Source: Tubiluchus corallicola (Eukaryota > Animalia > Priapulida). From it: a DNA stretch of 64,000 bases. The notes beneath the pieces were generated by a model. The model worked only from the letters and a program-made list of their open reading frames with translations. It was not told the DNA's origin and searched no databases. The position numbers and the translations under genes were made by a program. Location: positions 62,001-126,000 of the forward strand of contig JAQGDQ010000408.1 of the NCBI GenBank assembly GCA_030141605.1, in the 5' to 3' direction. Of the stretch, positions 22,301 to 39,565 are shown piece by piece. Each line of letters opens with the position of its first letter. The first letter of the stretch is position 1.

Positions 22301-25300
22301 AAATTAATATTATTTAATTAATTAAGACATATTTTGTCAGTCCTACCTATACAACAAATGATATATATATATATATACTTATGAGAAAAGACAAAATAAG
22401 AATCTCTTTTCTTTAGTTCTTTTTTATACTTGTGGGGAAACGGAGTACGCGAAAGAAGTACAATTTGGTTCACAGCCCGGCACAGTGAGCTCACAGCTCA
22501 AGTAATGTGATCTGAGATAAGATGCCGCACTTTAGTTAGAAAAAGTACTGTCGTTCACACAGTGTGTGTTGTCAGATGTCACATGCTTAAAAACTGTTTA
22601 CCGGTATTTTCTTGAGACAATTTAGGTCATTCGTAACCAAACAATAGTTTTTGTTTAGGAATTTATCATGTTAATATATAAATTTTCGTACGTTTATTTA
22701 TTTAAAATTACAACACTAAAATTACACGTATGTTTCATTTTACACAGTATTAGAACAATGGCTAAAAATTTTCGGAAGCAGCGCCCCCACCAATTTTAGC
22801 TACAAGCCGCCACTGTTACATCCATCAGACGATGGATTCAGTCGGTTAATTGAGTCAAAACACTTCCATACCAAAGTGAGCGTATTAAGCGCCACCTGCT
22901 GTATCATTCAGCTATAACAGTAATGTTAATAGACACTTTCTAATTACCGTTTCTCGTGATAAGGAACTGTTTCTCAGGCGGTAAATAAGTTTTAGTTTTC
23001 GTAGGATCTCCTGGCGTCCATTGCCAAGTGGGGCAGTGATGTACTAGGTGATCACCAGCTACAACAAACTGCAAAAAGAACAAAACACTACATTTGATGA
23101 ATAAAGCCCAGAGCCGTGCCATTTCAGCTGAGCTACAGCCAGTATATTTCTACAGCCGACTTAGCCGATAACAAACCTAACTTTAGTCGCACCAGCTGCT
23201 CAGTGATCAATGGAAAGTCGAGCTAGCCGACATTTTTCCCTGCTGCGAAGGTTTTCGCTCTTGCAATAATCACATGACACTGCAAATCACTGGTTGAAAT
23301 ACGGCAAATGCATTGCAGGTTTGATGTCAGACTGTGCATGTACTGGCAGAGATACTAAACTTTAGGAATTTTTGAATGGGAAAACTGGTCAATTCAAAAT
23401 TAAATACACAAATAGTTAAGGTTAGTCACACGTATGGAATCATTTTCATGTTTTGGTAGTGATTCGTCGGTAATCAAGATAAGTCTCGCCAAGAGTTGGA
23501 TTTAAATTATATTTCCAATAAATTCACTGCTTTTTCATAATAATAAAAAATTGATCTCTAATGCATTATTTGAATTTGTACAAATGAAAAAAATTTATAT
23601 ATAAATTTTTAATAGCTCAAATTGCTCAATTCAAGCTCATTTATCAGGATGAGGAAGGACAAATATTACATGCAAAATTCTTGCAAAATCACAGAAGAAA
23701 CTATACAACTGCAAAAGGAGTTATGCTATGTTCTTTGTAAACACGCTTTGCCGCCAAACTTGAGTTAGCTATAAGTATGGGCCTTCAATTTCTATTCTAA
23801 TTTTTATTTGTCGACACATTTCAGTGTTTACAACTGACTAAATCAAAAAAAGGATTGAACTAGCTGAAAAAAACCTGTGACATTCACAACAAATGATAAA
23901 AATGCAATCAACGTTAAATCGCACATTGCAATGTACAGTGTTCCCTCGCTGCTTCGCAGTTCGTTTATCACAGACTCGCTGTTTCGCGGGTTTTCAAAAA
24001 TATTAATGTAAAATATTTATCGCAGTATTTTTGCTGTTTCGCGGGTTTTTGTGGTACTCCAGCTAAAGTATCTTTGCACATGCGTAGTACGTATTGTACA
24101 GTAATGTATAGATTTGATGAATTTTGGAAAAAAATCACAAAATGTATAAAAATATATTAAAAATATTAATTCTAACATTAAAAGAATATTATAAATCATA
24201 AAACATGTATTTATTCGGCAGATGAATACACACCAAAAAACGAAATGTAGTACTTGCGCCCGCTTGAGATGCTACTTGCCGACATGAGATTGTACACAAC
24301 ACACGATTGGTTGAATGATGGAAAGCGACCAACCTGAGAATGCTGCTCTGTATCCCAGTCGCTGATTGGCTAACTACTAAAATAAGTATAGCATCCCTAC
24401 TTCGCGGAAATTCACTTATCGCGGGTATGGCTAGAACAGGACACCCACGATCAGTGAGGGAACACTGTATAGCACTTCCTACTCTTTCACAAGTTTAGAT
24501 TTAAACCAAGAAAGCATTAGAGCTACTAAGGTAAAATCAAATAAACCCTGAAGGAGTCACTCTGAATCATTAGTCGTGTTAGAAAAGGCAGCCCAATTCT
24601 ACACTGTTATAGTATACGTACTTCCTCTGCAGTCAGCATACCCGTTTCTTTGAACTTTGATTCCTGGAAAACAAGAAAACATAGGAAATTTTCCTAAACT
24701 CTGATTGGTGAATGGTGCTGTGATAATTTATTGAAAGAGATGATGGCATCGAAAATTACCACAGTTAGTAGTAATCGGCGCCAGACAATCCTATAGTCTA
24801 CTGTTGGCCGCAGCCCAAGGCCCCTCAAGCTTCGGTAACATGTGGTAAAAATCTGTTTCCCCACTAAGGCTCTGTTGAAATAATTTGGTTTGCAATGAAT
24901 AGTAAAATAGTGGTATTTGTTAAAGAACATTTTATTGACAAAGAAAATCTGGCTGTTTGAGTTTATTTAAAGAATTTGCAATAAGTTTAGTTCAAGGCAT
25001 GAAAATGTCGCCAAAATATACCAGGAGTAAAAAAAAACGGGTGTGGGCAAGTTACAGGGTGGCACCGTGTGAGAGATGGCCCCATAATTTCATTAGCCTA
25101 GGGGGCGCAAACGTTCACAATGCGGCCCTGGCAATAATAATAATTGCAAAGAAATGTAAAAAAGGTAAAAATGTTTGGCAAAAAGTTGCACACACTGGAG
25201 AAAATGACAATTTTGCAGACAGATCAACATGTTTTCATACGCTGATATTCTATTCAGCAGAATTTCATGCCAAAAAGCAGCACATTGATTTGACACACGA

Positions 25301-25694
25301 ATCAAAGAATCACAACCAAAATATTGTGGTGATGACACATACTGGCGAGAGAGAGCAGCACAAGAGATTGCCTAATCAAGTCACATTAAAGAAAATATAA
25401 AAATTTAAAAATAAAGATAAAAGATTTGTTCCACTTGACTTTATTCTTGACATTATAATGAATCTCTAATTAGTACGTTCTTAAACGGTAGTACCCTTCT
25501 AAACCATGACCAAAATACAGTTATATTTGATAATGTTCAAACATGTTATATTTTTTGTGTCTTTGACAATAATAAAACCATGGTTATATAAAAAAAAGAT
25601 AAAAATGGAAGCAAGAGTTCACCTTTAATGTGGGAGTAAATTTCTCTGCAATGTTAAGAGCTGTGCCCTTTACTGAGTTAATAAACTCATCCAT
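16383..25694 (-). CDS. ATG3: Autophagy E2-like conjugating enzyme ATG3, 8 coding exons, ~307 aa
   Basis: Exons 25694-25623, 24663-24622, 23068-22948, 21970-21860, 20626-20478, 18416-18267, 16855-16731 and 16536-16383 join in frame (924 nt). [55 protein letters not shown]...DGGWVDTH...[20 protein letters not shown]...catalytic SVHPCRHA...[21 protein letters not shown]. Confidence 0.96.
19688..20125. mobile_element. Tc1/mariner (pogo/Tigger-like) MITE
   Basis: TA|CAGTCAACCTCGGATATAAG ... CCTTATACCAGAGATGACAG|TA imperfect TIRs, with internal CTTATA repeats. Confidence 0.65.
21100..21800. repeat. 30-bp minisatellite, ~23 copies, in an ATG3 intron
   Basis: TGTTATAAACTGTTGTGGTTTGATGTAGAA repeated; it generates the spurious [10 protein letters not shown] ORFs. 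Confidence 0.97.
23936..24467. mobile_element. Tc1/mariner (Tigger-like) MITE
   Basis: TA|CAGTGTTCCCTCGC ... GTGAGGGAACACTG|TA. Confidence 0.88.
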
Positions 25695-28680
25695 TGTTAA
25701 AGCCTGGAAAAAATACAAGAGTCATTGTTAAATAATGATTATAGTAACGACATGAAGACATCGCGAAGTTAATACACAGAGCAAATGTATACAGTATAAG
25801 CTCTGTTTTTGACCATAATTCGTTCCTAAAAAGTGTTTGAAAACCGATTTGTTTGAGTACCGAATCATTTATTCTCATAAGAAATAATGTAAAAGCAAAT
25901 AATCCGTTCTCAAGCACCAAATGAACTGTAAAGTATTACTATATAAATACTTTATATAGTATTTATAATAAAACGAAATATAATAATGCAAAAACGTTTA
26001 TTCAAACAGTAGGTATGATATAATTGATAAGAAAAACATAATAGAATTACTTTGAAAGAGAAACGTAATTGTTCCTGCATGAAAAAGCAAAGAAAAGCAC
26101 AATTCAAATATTGTGTGTGACTACTCTCGGGCGCGGTCGGTTACGCTCGGCTCTACTAGGCTCGCCGTACATGTGTCCATCACGTGTTTGGCGGTTGGTC
26201 GAGTACCAAAATTCTGGTTGAGAGCGCAGACAATGTCAGCTCGAATTTTTTGGTCGAAAACCAATTTGTACGAGTACGGAGACATTCGACAACGGAGGTA
26301 TGACTGTGATTTCCTTTTCTGATATTAATAATTTATCTTTTATATAGCGCATCACGCCAAGTGATCTCGATGTCCTTTATAATTAAAAGTCTGTTATAAC
26401 TTACAATATATAATTATTGTTATAATAGATAATCATTATGAAATTAACCACCCACTCAGACGGTGACTTTTAGTGTGAAAAAGAGGGCATGTCATGAGAA
26501 ACCGGATGTATGGTATCAAAGCCAACCTCTCCTCATGTTGTAGGCCCTTGGAATTCACGTAACAGTTAACAATGAACGTTTGGAAGGTTAAACCTATCTC
26601 TCTTTCATAAATCATTGAGGTCAGGCCATCAAAGACCATCTCACAGACTTACAGTTAAGTCTCTTTTTCTTTGCTAGCAGATTCACAAGCAAGTGCACAC
26701 ACTACATGCATGCATGTACAACATAAATTGCATTATGTTATGAACTTATGATATATCAGCTTAATACCAGACAACACACTCAGCAGTCATAGACTGTGAA
26801 ACAGAAAATTCAGCACGTTTAATAGAAATTTTTGTGCAGCAAAGTTGGTATCATATATCAGTGTTTATCGAGCCCACATGAGTAAAAGTGTTTACAACAG
26901 ACTATAAACAAGTTAGAATACTTATTCTAAAAATAATGTTTGCCCAATATCCTACTATTAGCCTACTTTACGAAATTCCAGCACTAGTTACTTATCATTG
27001 AGGATTGTTAATCTACGGAATTTGTCATATCATATTGTCACTGCCACATTACTTAATACAATAATAGTATAATACATTCGAGGTCAGGTTGGATCAGTAT
27101 TGGAGAAGATTTTGGTATATCCTTCCGTCAGGTGGGCACAGAATTTTATCACTAGTAGAGACGACGAGAACGTTGCACAGGTCCAAGACCTTATAGTCAA
27201 TGCATCATTAAAATTTTAAGTAAAATGTACAGTGTAGAAATACTAATTTAAACCCATTATCTTACTCGAAATACAAGTCAGAAATGAAGGTTTGACCACA
27301 ACGTGCCACGTTCTATATCACTTTTAATTCGACTTTTAATACCCTTCCTCAGCACTATCAATTTCCATGATTAAAATTAAAAAACATTAAATTTTGACGA
27401 TCCAACACCGAGGTCCTAGTCAGCAGTACGGTAAATCTTTTAAACTTCATGGACTGTCGAACCACTTAGAAGTTCTTTTCTTTCTTTTCGCCATAATTTT
27501 AATTGGGCTCAGCTCCAGGTTAGAAGTTAATGTGATAGAAGTCATGTACATACACGAAAAATAGGCAAATGGTTTTGTCATTCAACTCGTACAGTTTTGG
27601 ACTAGAAGTCTTTTTGCACATACGGAATTACGGATAGCTGGTAAGGGTAGAAGTGCACTCAAGTCTTTCAGAAACTGGGCGTAGCTAATCTAAGGCTAAT
27701 CTTAAAAGTGTTAAAAAAGAATTTTGCCAATAACTGGAAAAGTCGGAGTCACAAAACATACACGGCAGGTTCCCGGGGTATAGGACCAACAATGGTGTAC
27801 TGAATCCGTTAACCTTGGTTCAAACAGTTACTTGAATACGAACTACATAAAAATTCAGTCATTACCAGACTAGACCTTAGCTTGTTTTATTCATTATTCG
27901 TCATACAATATTACTATCTGCTGTCACAGTTAAGCAGGACTAATTTCAACCACATTATTGCTGGGTGATCATTTGGTGATCATGTGAAAATATTCCACAA
28001 GCATGTCGCGCCTGTTTGTGACAGCAAAAGTTGAAGTACAGTGCTACTGTAAGATATTCAGTGTGTTGTACTAAAACTCGGCAAGTTTTAAGATAAAGAT
28101 GTTTATTCTTGTGCTTTACATATATGTATTATACTAATTATTCACAGCATTTTTTAAGGTTTTCGATTCTTATAAATGTGCGAATGTTTTTGCGAATCGA
28201 TTTATTATATTGACACTAGTAACATTTGTTTAGTAAATATTGATCGAGATGAAATTAGCAGATTTGTTTTGCTGGCAAGTTAAACCGCTTCGAAATAATA
28301 AAGTGAATCATTGGTACGCGTCGCCATCTGCTGGCAAGATTTCCATATTGACGTTTATTGAATTTGTACTAAATACTAATTCGGATCTGTTACAAGTATT
28401 ATTGGTACGTGGCGCTATCTGCGGACAAGATTTGTATATTGACGCTTATTAAATTATTACTAATTCAAATCGTTGCATCTTTTATCACTTTGTGTGCATA
28501 GTAATACTTTCGAATAGTAATATAACGACAACATTTAAAGATCTTTATCTAACACAATCTTAATGAATTTTTGAGAATAACTAAAATTTAGATTAACAAG
28601 AAATCCTCCAAGCAGTCATTAATACAGTAAAAGTTATATTGATAATTACATATTAGCAATATAACTGTATGTCTATAATT

Positions 28681-29000
28681 ATGTTACCCAATTAAATAAC
28701 ACGTTAATGGCATAACTGTTTGTGGTGTCTTCCTAAGAAAAGCCTCAACAGTACTATCGTCATCATCAAACAACTAGAGATGTTACTCAATTAAATAATA
28801 CGTTAAGGGCATAACTGTTTGTGGTGTCTTCGTAGGAAAAGCCTCAACAGTAATATCGTCATCATTAAACTGCTACGTATGTTACTCAATTAAATAAGAT
28901 GTTAATGGCATAACTGTTTGTGGTGTCTTCTTAAGAAAAGCGTCAACAGTTTTATTGTCATAACTAAACAACTACATATGTGTTACTCAATTAAATATCA
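28681..29000. repeat. ~99-bp tandem repeat, 3+ copies
   Basis: ATGTTAC.CAATTAAATAA...GGCATAACTGTTTGTGGTGTCTTC...AAAGCCTCAACAGT repeated. Confidence 0.88.
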
Positions 29001-29646
29001 TATTAAACTAAGAGGCTTTTTAAAAATAAACTGTTAAGGTCAAAATTTAAAATATTTTCGCTCACTTACATCACATGAAAATTAATGTATTAAAAGCAAA
29101 ATAAAAACGTTTGAAACGCATTTTTTAAACGATGTAATTTCTAAATCAGATTCTATGTCCCGGTATTTCTAATGCTCCCAGGGTGCAACATTTTTGCCTT
29201 TATTGCATTTTGTGGACCCCTTCCGAAATAACTAATAGTTTTGTGATTGTCGGCTAAAGTGTTCATCACGTTAAATAAAGAATAATAATAATAATTGGCG
29301 ATGAATTCATAAATCTTAGCATAAACAATATTGAACAGATGCTGATTTATCTATAAATTAGTTTTTTTAGAAAAGTCGTCTTCAACCATAGCATCTCTAG
29401 TGAGTAAATTTTTGCATCATTTTATCGATAGTGCCGATGTAACTGGACGTGTTAATGACTGCTGCCATCTGGCGAACAATGGCAAAGTTTTCCTTGGCAA
29501 GGAAAGAAGAATGCTTGAGATGGCTGTTACTTGGAAAAGGAAAAAAATCCTGCAGGCTGCCTATTGAAGGATATAATGGTCAAGCCTATTGAAGGACATA
29601 ATGATCAAAAGAAGCATTGTGAATGTTTAACTTTAAAGCTGAAGAA

Positions 29647-29745
29647 GCTAAGGTATGCACATGCTTACACCGCCGTTATGCAGAGTTAAATATATATTAA
29701 ACCCAAATTTTGTTTTGCCTTGCTGAAGCATGTGCATACCTTAGC
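29647..29745. mobile_element. Tiny inverted-repeat element, probable PIF/Harbinger MITE
   Basis: Perfect 20-bp inverted repeat GCTAAGGTATGCACATGCTT / AAGCATGTGCATACCTTAGC with a 59-nt spacer; TAA/TTA flanks around GG..CC termini. Confidence 0.55.
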
Positions 29746-29993
29746 GTTTTTGAGCAGAAAATTAGCCATAGTATACGTTGCTACTCAGGGATTTAGGCAC
29801 CGGACGGATAGACAATATGTGCCAGGCATGACGTTCGACAGATATAGTACATGCATCACAAATAACTTGCGAGAACGGTGACTTGTTTTGAAAACAGTCA
29901 TTGTTGTAGGCGTAATTGTCTACGTAATAATCACCGTTGTTGCAATGTAAATAGAAAAATGATGCAGTGAGGAAAGGATGATAAATAAACATC

Positions 29994-30043
29994 AGCAAAA
30001 TCAGAATTTTCTTTCGGATTAGTTTGTGGCCCTGAAAAGGGCC
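29994..30043 (-). promoter_or_regulatory. H2A 3' histone stem-loop (30028-30043) and downstream element (29994-30015)
   Basis: GGCCCTTTTCAGGGCC followed after 12 nt by GAAAGAAAATTCTGATTTTGCT. Confidence 0.95.
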
Positions 30044-30078
30044 GGTTGGTTTTATTGGTTTGCAACGAAGATGATCAT

Positions 30079-30710
<632 letters not shown>

Positions 30711-30788
30711 CGTAGTTGTTACGCCTGACATTCAATTACTGATTTTAGTCGAAGTGTTTGTTACGTAGCGTTTATATTCAGAAGAAAG

Positions 30789-31157
30789 ATGCCTCCTAAA
30801 CCAAGTGGAAAAGCAGCGAAGAAAGCTGGCAAGGCCCAGAAGAGACCAACTTCTGACAAGAAGAAGAGGCGAAAGAGAAAGGAAAGCTACAGCATTTACA
30901 TCTACAAGGTGCTGAAGCAAGTTCACCCAGATACTGGAATCTCTAGCAAAGCTATGAGCATCATGAACAGTTTCGTCAATGATTTGTTCGAGAGAATATC
31001 TGGAGAAGCTTCCCGTCTTGCTCACTACAACAAACGTTCCACCATCACAAGCAGAGAGATCCAGACTGCTGTCCGTCTTCTCCTTCCAGGAGAGTTGGCT
31101 AAGCACGCTGTGAGTGAAGGAACCAAGGCAGTGACCAAGTACACCAGCTCCAAGTAA
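30789..31157 (+). CDS. H2B: Histone H2B (canonical, 122 aa)
   Basis: [36 protein letters not shown]...[16 protein letters not shown]. Confidence 0.99.
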   Translation: MPPKPSGKAAKKAGKAQKRPTSDKKKRRKRKESYSIYIYKVLKQVHPDTGISSKAMSIMNSFVNDLFERISGEASRLAHYNKRSTITSREIQTAVRLLLPGELAKHAVSEGTKAVTKYTSSK

Positions 31158-31190
31158 ACTGCTGAAAATATTCTACCAATAAAACCAACC

Positions 31191-31241
31191 GGCCCTTTTC
31201 AGGGCCATCATACCTATTCGAGAGAAAATTCTGATTTTGCT
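31191..31241 (+). promoter_or_regulatory. H2B 3' histone stem-loop (31191-31206) and downstream element (31220-31241)
   Basis: GGCCCTTTTCAGGGCC, 13 nt, GAGAGAAAATTCTGATTTTGCT. Confidence 0.95.
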
Positions 31242-33247
31242 AAATAAATTACTGACTTAGGAATCACTACGTGTTGACAAGTACGGTTATATACGTGACA
31301 AAAACAGTTCACGATAAATTATGTTCATTACAAGGGACTATTAATTATTAAATGGTATACATTGTAATGTTTCATTGTATTTTTCTGTTTTTGAGATTTA
31401 TGGACAGTTTGACTTCTCTCATAATCATCGTGGCAAATCTCAGAAGGAGGCACTATCTTATTTTCAAGATATGCACCGAATCCGACATATTTATCGTTTT
31501 ACGATTAAATCAAGTTTCCGAGGTCTTGAACACGGTTTGTGACATTTTCTCGGGTACCAGACAAGGTTGGACGTAGAATATTAGAACTGAACCAACATTG
31601 ACACCCATTTCCCTAATATAATTTACTTGCATAACCCGCCTATTTTTCCACTACATGAACTATAAACTTTTTAACTGTCAATGGTACGATGCGTCTGTTT
31701 AACGACTAAAATGTCCATTCTTGAATTTTTAATTTGCAACGAGAGTATAAAGTGCTAACAAACAGGTTTTTGTCTACATATCACGATTAATTTTAGAAAA
31801 ATTGAGTCTATGTGGCAAGTTTAGCGTCTTTCGTGCAATTTTATTCATGCACACTGTTTAAGATACAGCATTCAAACTCAACTAGAACAACAGTATAATA
31901 CAAGTATAAATTTATTTACACAGCATAGAGGGCGTATGCTATGCAGTGCACCCATGGGCGTAGCCAGGTTCTAAAGTGAGGGGGAGCAGGCACATGAAAA
32001 GGGCGCAGTGACACATGAAGCAATTACATATTTGTCTATGGCTCTATATACTATAATAATTAGATGCCATTGAGTGCACATAAGCCTGTAGCGTCGTCTC
32101 TTGCTTCTGTATCAGAACCCTTTGCTACCCCCCCCCCTATTAGCTACACCACTGAGTGCACGTAAGCCTGTAGCGTCGTCTCTTGTTTCTGTATCAGAAG
32201 AGAGACCCTCAGTCACAAACCAGTATTTTGGCGGGAGATTTATGTCACTCAGAAAGAGTTACCATCCAATTTAGTTCCCCAGTTTTAGGTAGACTTCAAA
32301 ATCAGCAAAAACGTATTGCAGTAGGTAGACAGCGTAGAATGCGTCGTGTTTTAATGACGAAAATTTCGAATAATAAACAACATATGAAAATTATACTGAG
32401 CTATGTATCGAAACGGACATTATCAATATTTTTCGGGCCCTTAAAAGATAAATTACGATACGAACAACGTGCATAGGACCACCTAGACATATGCAAATCG
32501 TAAATGGAAAATATTGCTTCGCAAATTAACAAGAACATGATTGGTAGTGGTGCTACTGGATCGAATACTTTGCTAAGTAATCGAATATTAAACGATTACT
32601 TTTGTATCTATGAATTTTATGATAATTGGAAATACAAAAATGTATTTTTTGGGTGCAAGCCAATATGTCACCAATATCCGTGAGTGGCCTGACGCCTAAC
32701 AAACAAACAGCTGCGATGTAGCACATTGTAATGCTGCTGGGTGAGTGTACTTTCAACACCACATAAAGTAGTGCTACTTACTGTTTTTAATAAAATAACA
32801 TTTTTTTAGGTGCAATTAAGTATTTCAATGTAAACAAGTTAAGAATTTCACCACAATCGAATATAGCAACTGTGAAGCAAAGGCGTGAAAAGCGGCCTGA
32901 CTCCAGTATCGTTGTGAGCAATTTTGTTAGAGACATAGCGTTTATTCATTGCACTTTTTGGGTACTGGGAGCACAAATTTGGCACCCCCCCCGCATCAGA
33001 TATTACCGCGAGATCTCAGCAATCGATTACTGACTTCGATAAAAGCTACGTACTTGAAATTAGCATTATCGGCCACCATGAACGTTTGGTTAAAGTGCAT
33101 TGCTGTCAGTCATCTACGACAAAGCAAATATAACACTAACGTTAATGATTAGTAAAATTACGTGGCAATTGCAATAAAAAAATGGAAACAACCTAACCGA
33201 TTAAGTTAATTGTCACGAGGATTTTTTTGCAGAAATCTCGGAATAAA

Positions 33248-33298
33248 AGCAAAATCAGAATTTTCTCTTGGATAGACATGGTGGCCCTGAAAAGGGCC
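33248..33298 (-). promoter_or_regulatory. H3 3' histone stem-loop (33283-33298) and downstream element (33248-33269)
   Basis: GGCCCTTTTCAGGGCC, 13 nt, AAGAGAAAATTCTGATTTTGCT on the minus strand. Confidence 0.95.
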
Positions 33299-33327
33299 GG
33301 TTGGTTTAAAATGTAACATCTGGTCAT

Positions 33328-33747
<420 letters not shown>

Positions 33748-33829
33748 TTACTTTACTAGAAAATTAACTAGAATATACGGAACATAAAAACTAGCAAAAT
33801 TGCTTGATATCGGGGAATTTTACCGCTGA

Positions 33830-34508
<679 letters not shown>

Positions 34509-34537
34509 GAGCTGTCTTTTAAGCTGGAAAACCAACC

Positions 34538-34588
34538 GGCCCTTTTCAGGGCCACCAAGTGTTTCCGAAAGGAAATTCTGATTTTGCT
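34538..34588 (+). promoter_or_regulatory. H4 3' histone stem-loop (34538-34553) and downstream element (34567-34588)
   Basis: GGCCCTTTTCAGGGCC, 13 nt, GAAAGGAAATTCTGATTTTGCT. Confidence 0.95.
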
Positions 34589-35389
34589 AATTTTTTTCAC
34601 ACTAGTGCATGTATGTTAAATTCTGTTATTTTTATTTATTTGACAATTACTATGAAACAAAAATGTGTACAGTACACAATACTTGTTGTATTCCGAAAAG
34701 CTCTCTACCGTCATAGGCTACGTTGGAGTACAAGGTCTTTTTAACAGGGCAAGATTTTGCCAAAGCCTCTTCGTCTTATCACAAGTGAAACCTGTAGGTA
34801 TTTTGAGACAATTCATGGGTGTTGATACGGTTGTCGGGTAACTGCGATACACACCACCTTATCATTTTTTACAGTAATGTAGTTTGGCGTTCAGCAATAT
34901 CGCTTTTAAATTTACGCATATTTTAAATAAAGGACGTCAAAACTCATTTTATGTGAAGCGGGTTTTGGTTTCTCGGAATATCGTTAGCACTACAGTGCAC
35001 ATGTAATAATCAATTTTTTTCAATTCGATTTATTTATCTCTTTATAGTGTTGCAATTAAGCATGATTGATAAAAGAATCTCTACTAAGTTTTGAAGAATG
35101 GTTAAAATGTATAGATAGATCTAGAACTAGAGAAAGGATAGCGAAAAGACTATAAAGTCACCTAGCCGGCTGTCCTTTACCGAATATAGATAAAAAGATT
35201 TTTTAGACACTGGTGGGCGTCAATGTTATCAGTTTAATTCAGGAAACATTAGTAATTTTTAAAATTATGACATTTGCTATATAATCTAGAGAAAAGAATA
35301 TACATGTAGTTTAATTAGCGGAGCAACAACATACGGTCAATCTTGATTAAACTAAAAATTGCATTTAGATTTTATGTGAAATATATATA

Positions 35390-36130
35390 TATATTAATTC
35401 TTTATTTGTCATAAAAAATGGTTCACTCATTATAATAAAATTGAGTTAGCCTCAGCGTAATGTTAAAATAACAACACTATTCAAGACAAATGCGTCCAGT
35501 GCATACTAAAAAAAAACTAAAGTGCAAAACAATACACAATAAATGAACATATTTACAAATACCATGTTAAAATATTTTTACAAACAATTATACGAAAGTA
35601 CATTAAATTTTACATGACATAGTGTGCACTATTTATACATTTAACATTACGAAACTAACATAACACGTATTACATTACATAATTTTTTTAAAAAAATTTC
35701 ATTTATAATCATTATATGGAGTCAGGGGCGGGGGTAGATGAAAGTGGAGTCTGTGTAATTAGTATCAGATGCACAATGTGGAAGTTGAAACCTGTTATAT
35801 TGATATTCTTTTAATTTCTTTTTAAAGTGGTGGAGAGATTCTATTTGTTTTATTTCACTGGGTAGTAAGTTCCATAAATGTATGGCCTGTTTTGATATAG
35901 AGTTATTTCCAAATTTATTGTTTACTGTAATTTGCTTTAAATTGTATGTTCTAGTGTTCAATGTGGTATCAGGAATAAATGCTAAGGGATTGTTTATAAA
36001 TGGAGTGTTCAGTTTATTTATATATTTATAAAGAAATATCAGTGTTTTGTAATCTCGATAGGCTTCTAATATTGGTATTTTTGTGGACGTTCTTAAGCTC
36101 TTAAGACCTAAATACAGGTCAAAATTGTTG
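35390..36130 (-). mobile_element. 5'-truncated LINE (CR1/L2-group) ORF2 C-terminus and 3' UTR
   Basis: ORF 35722-36189 contains KTLIFLYKYIN...NTRTYNL...FGNNSISKQAIHLWNLLPSEIKQIESLHHFKKKLK, the typical post-RT C-terminus (WN.LP..IK...SL..FK..LK). It ends in AATAAA plus (TA)n. Confidence 0.8.
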
Positions 36131-36470
36131 TGAAATGATAAAAACACTTCCCCCGCGGGATAGTGACTAGAGTTCAAAGGCACTAGCATGCTGTATCTAC
36201 TGACGTGCTACCGTTTCTAAGGAGGAATGAATCACCAAATGCCCGCCTCTTTTCGCAACCTCAGTAAAAGCAATTTCATTGGTTAGAAAGTAGGCGCAGT
36301 GATTCATAATAGCGGTTGCTTTGGCGGGAGTATAAAAGAGAATACCGGAAATTACAGCACGCACTTTGCACGAAGTTTTAGACGTAGCTCTAGAGAAACT
36401 CGTGGCTAAGTAAATTATAGTTACTGTGTCTTAATTTTCAACATTCGTTCGACGATTCAAGCTTGCAAGT

Positions 36471-39199
<2,729 letters not shown>

Positions 39200-39299
39200 G
39201 CTATTATTAATGGATTTATCATCATCATCATCATTTAATGGCTTAATATTCATCACTACTGCACAATCTAATCATTGGTAGCCAAACATTGTTGACTAA

Positions 39300-39565
39300 T
39301 TTTGTGTTAAAATTGTGAAATCACTTTTGTGTTAAAATTGTTGAATCACTTTGTGTTAAAATTGTTGAATCACTTTGTGTTAAAATTGTTGAATCATTTT
39401 GTGTTAAAATTGTTGAATCACTGTGTTAAAATTGTTGAATCACTGTGTTAAAATTGTTGAATCACTTTGTGTTAAAATTGTTGAATCACTTTGTGTTAAA
39501 ATTGTTGAATCACTTTGTGTTAAAATTGTTGAATCATTTTGTGTAAAATTGTTGAATCACTTTGT
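39300..39565. repeat. ~23-bp minisatellite downstream of the tubulin stop
   Basis: TTGTGTTAAAATTGTTGAATCAC repeated ~11 times. Confidence 0.93.
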
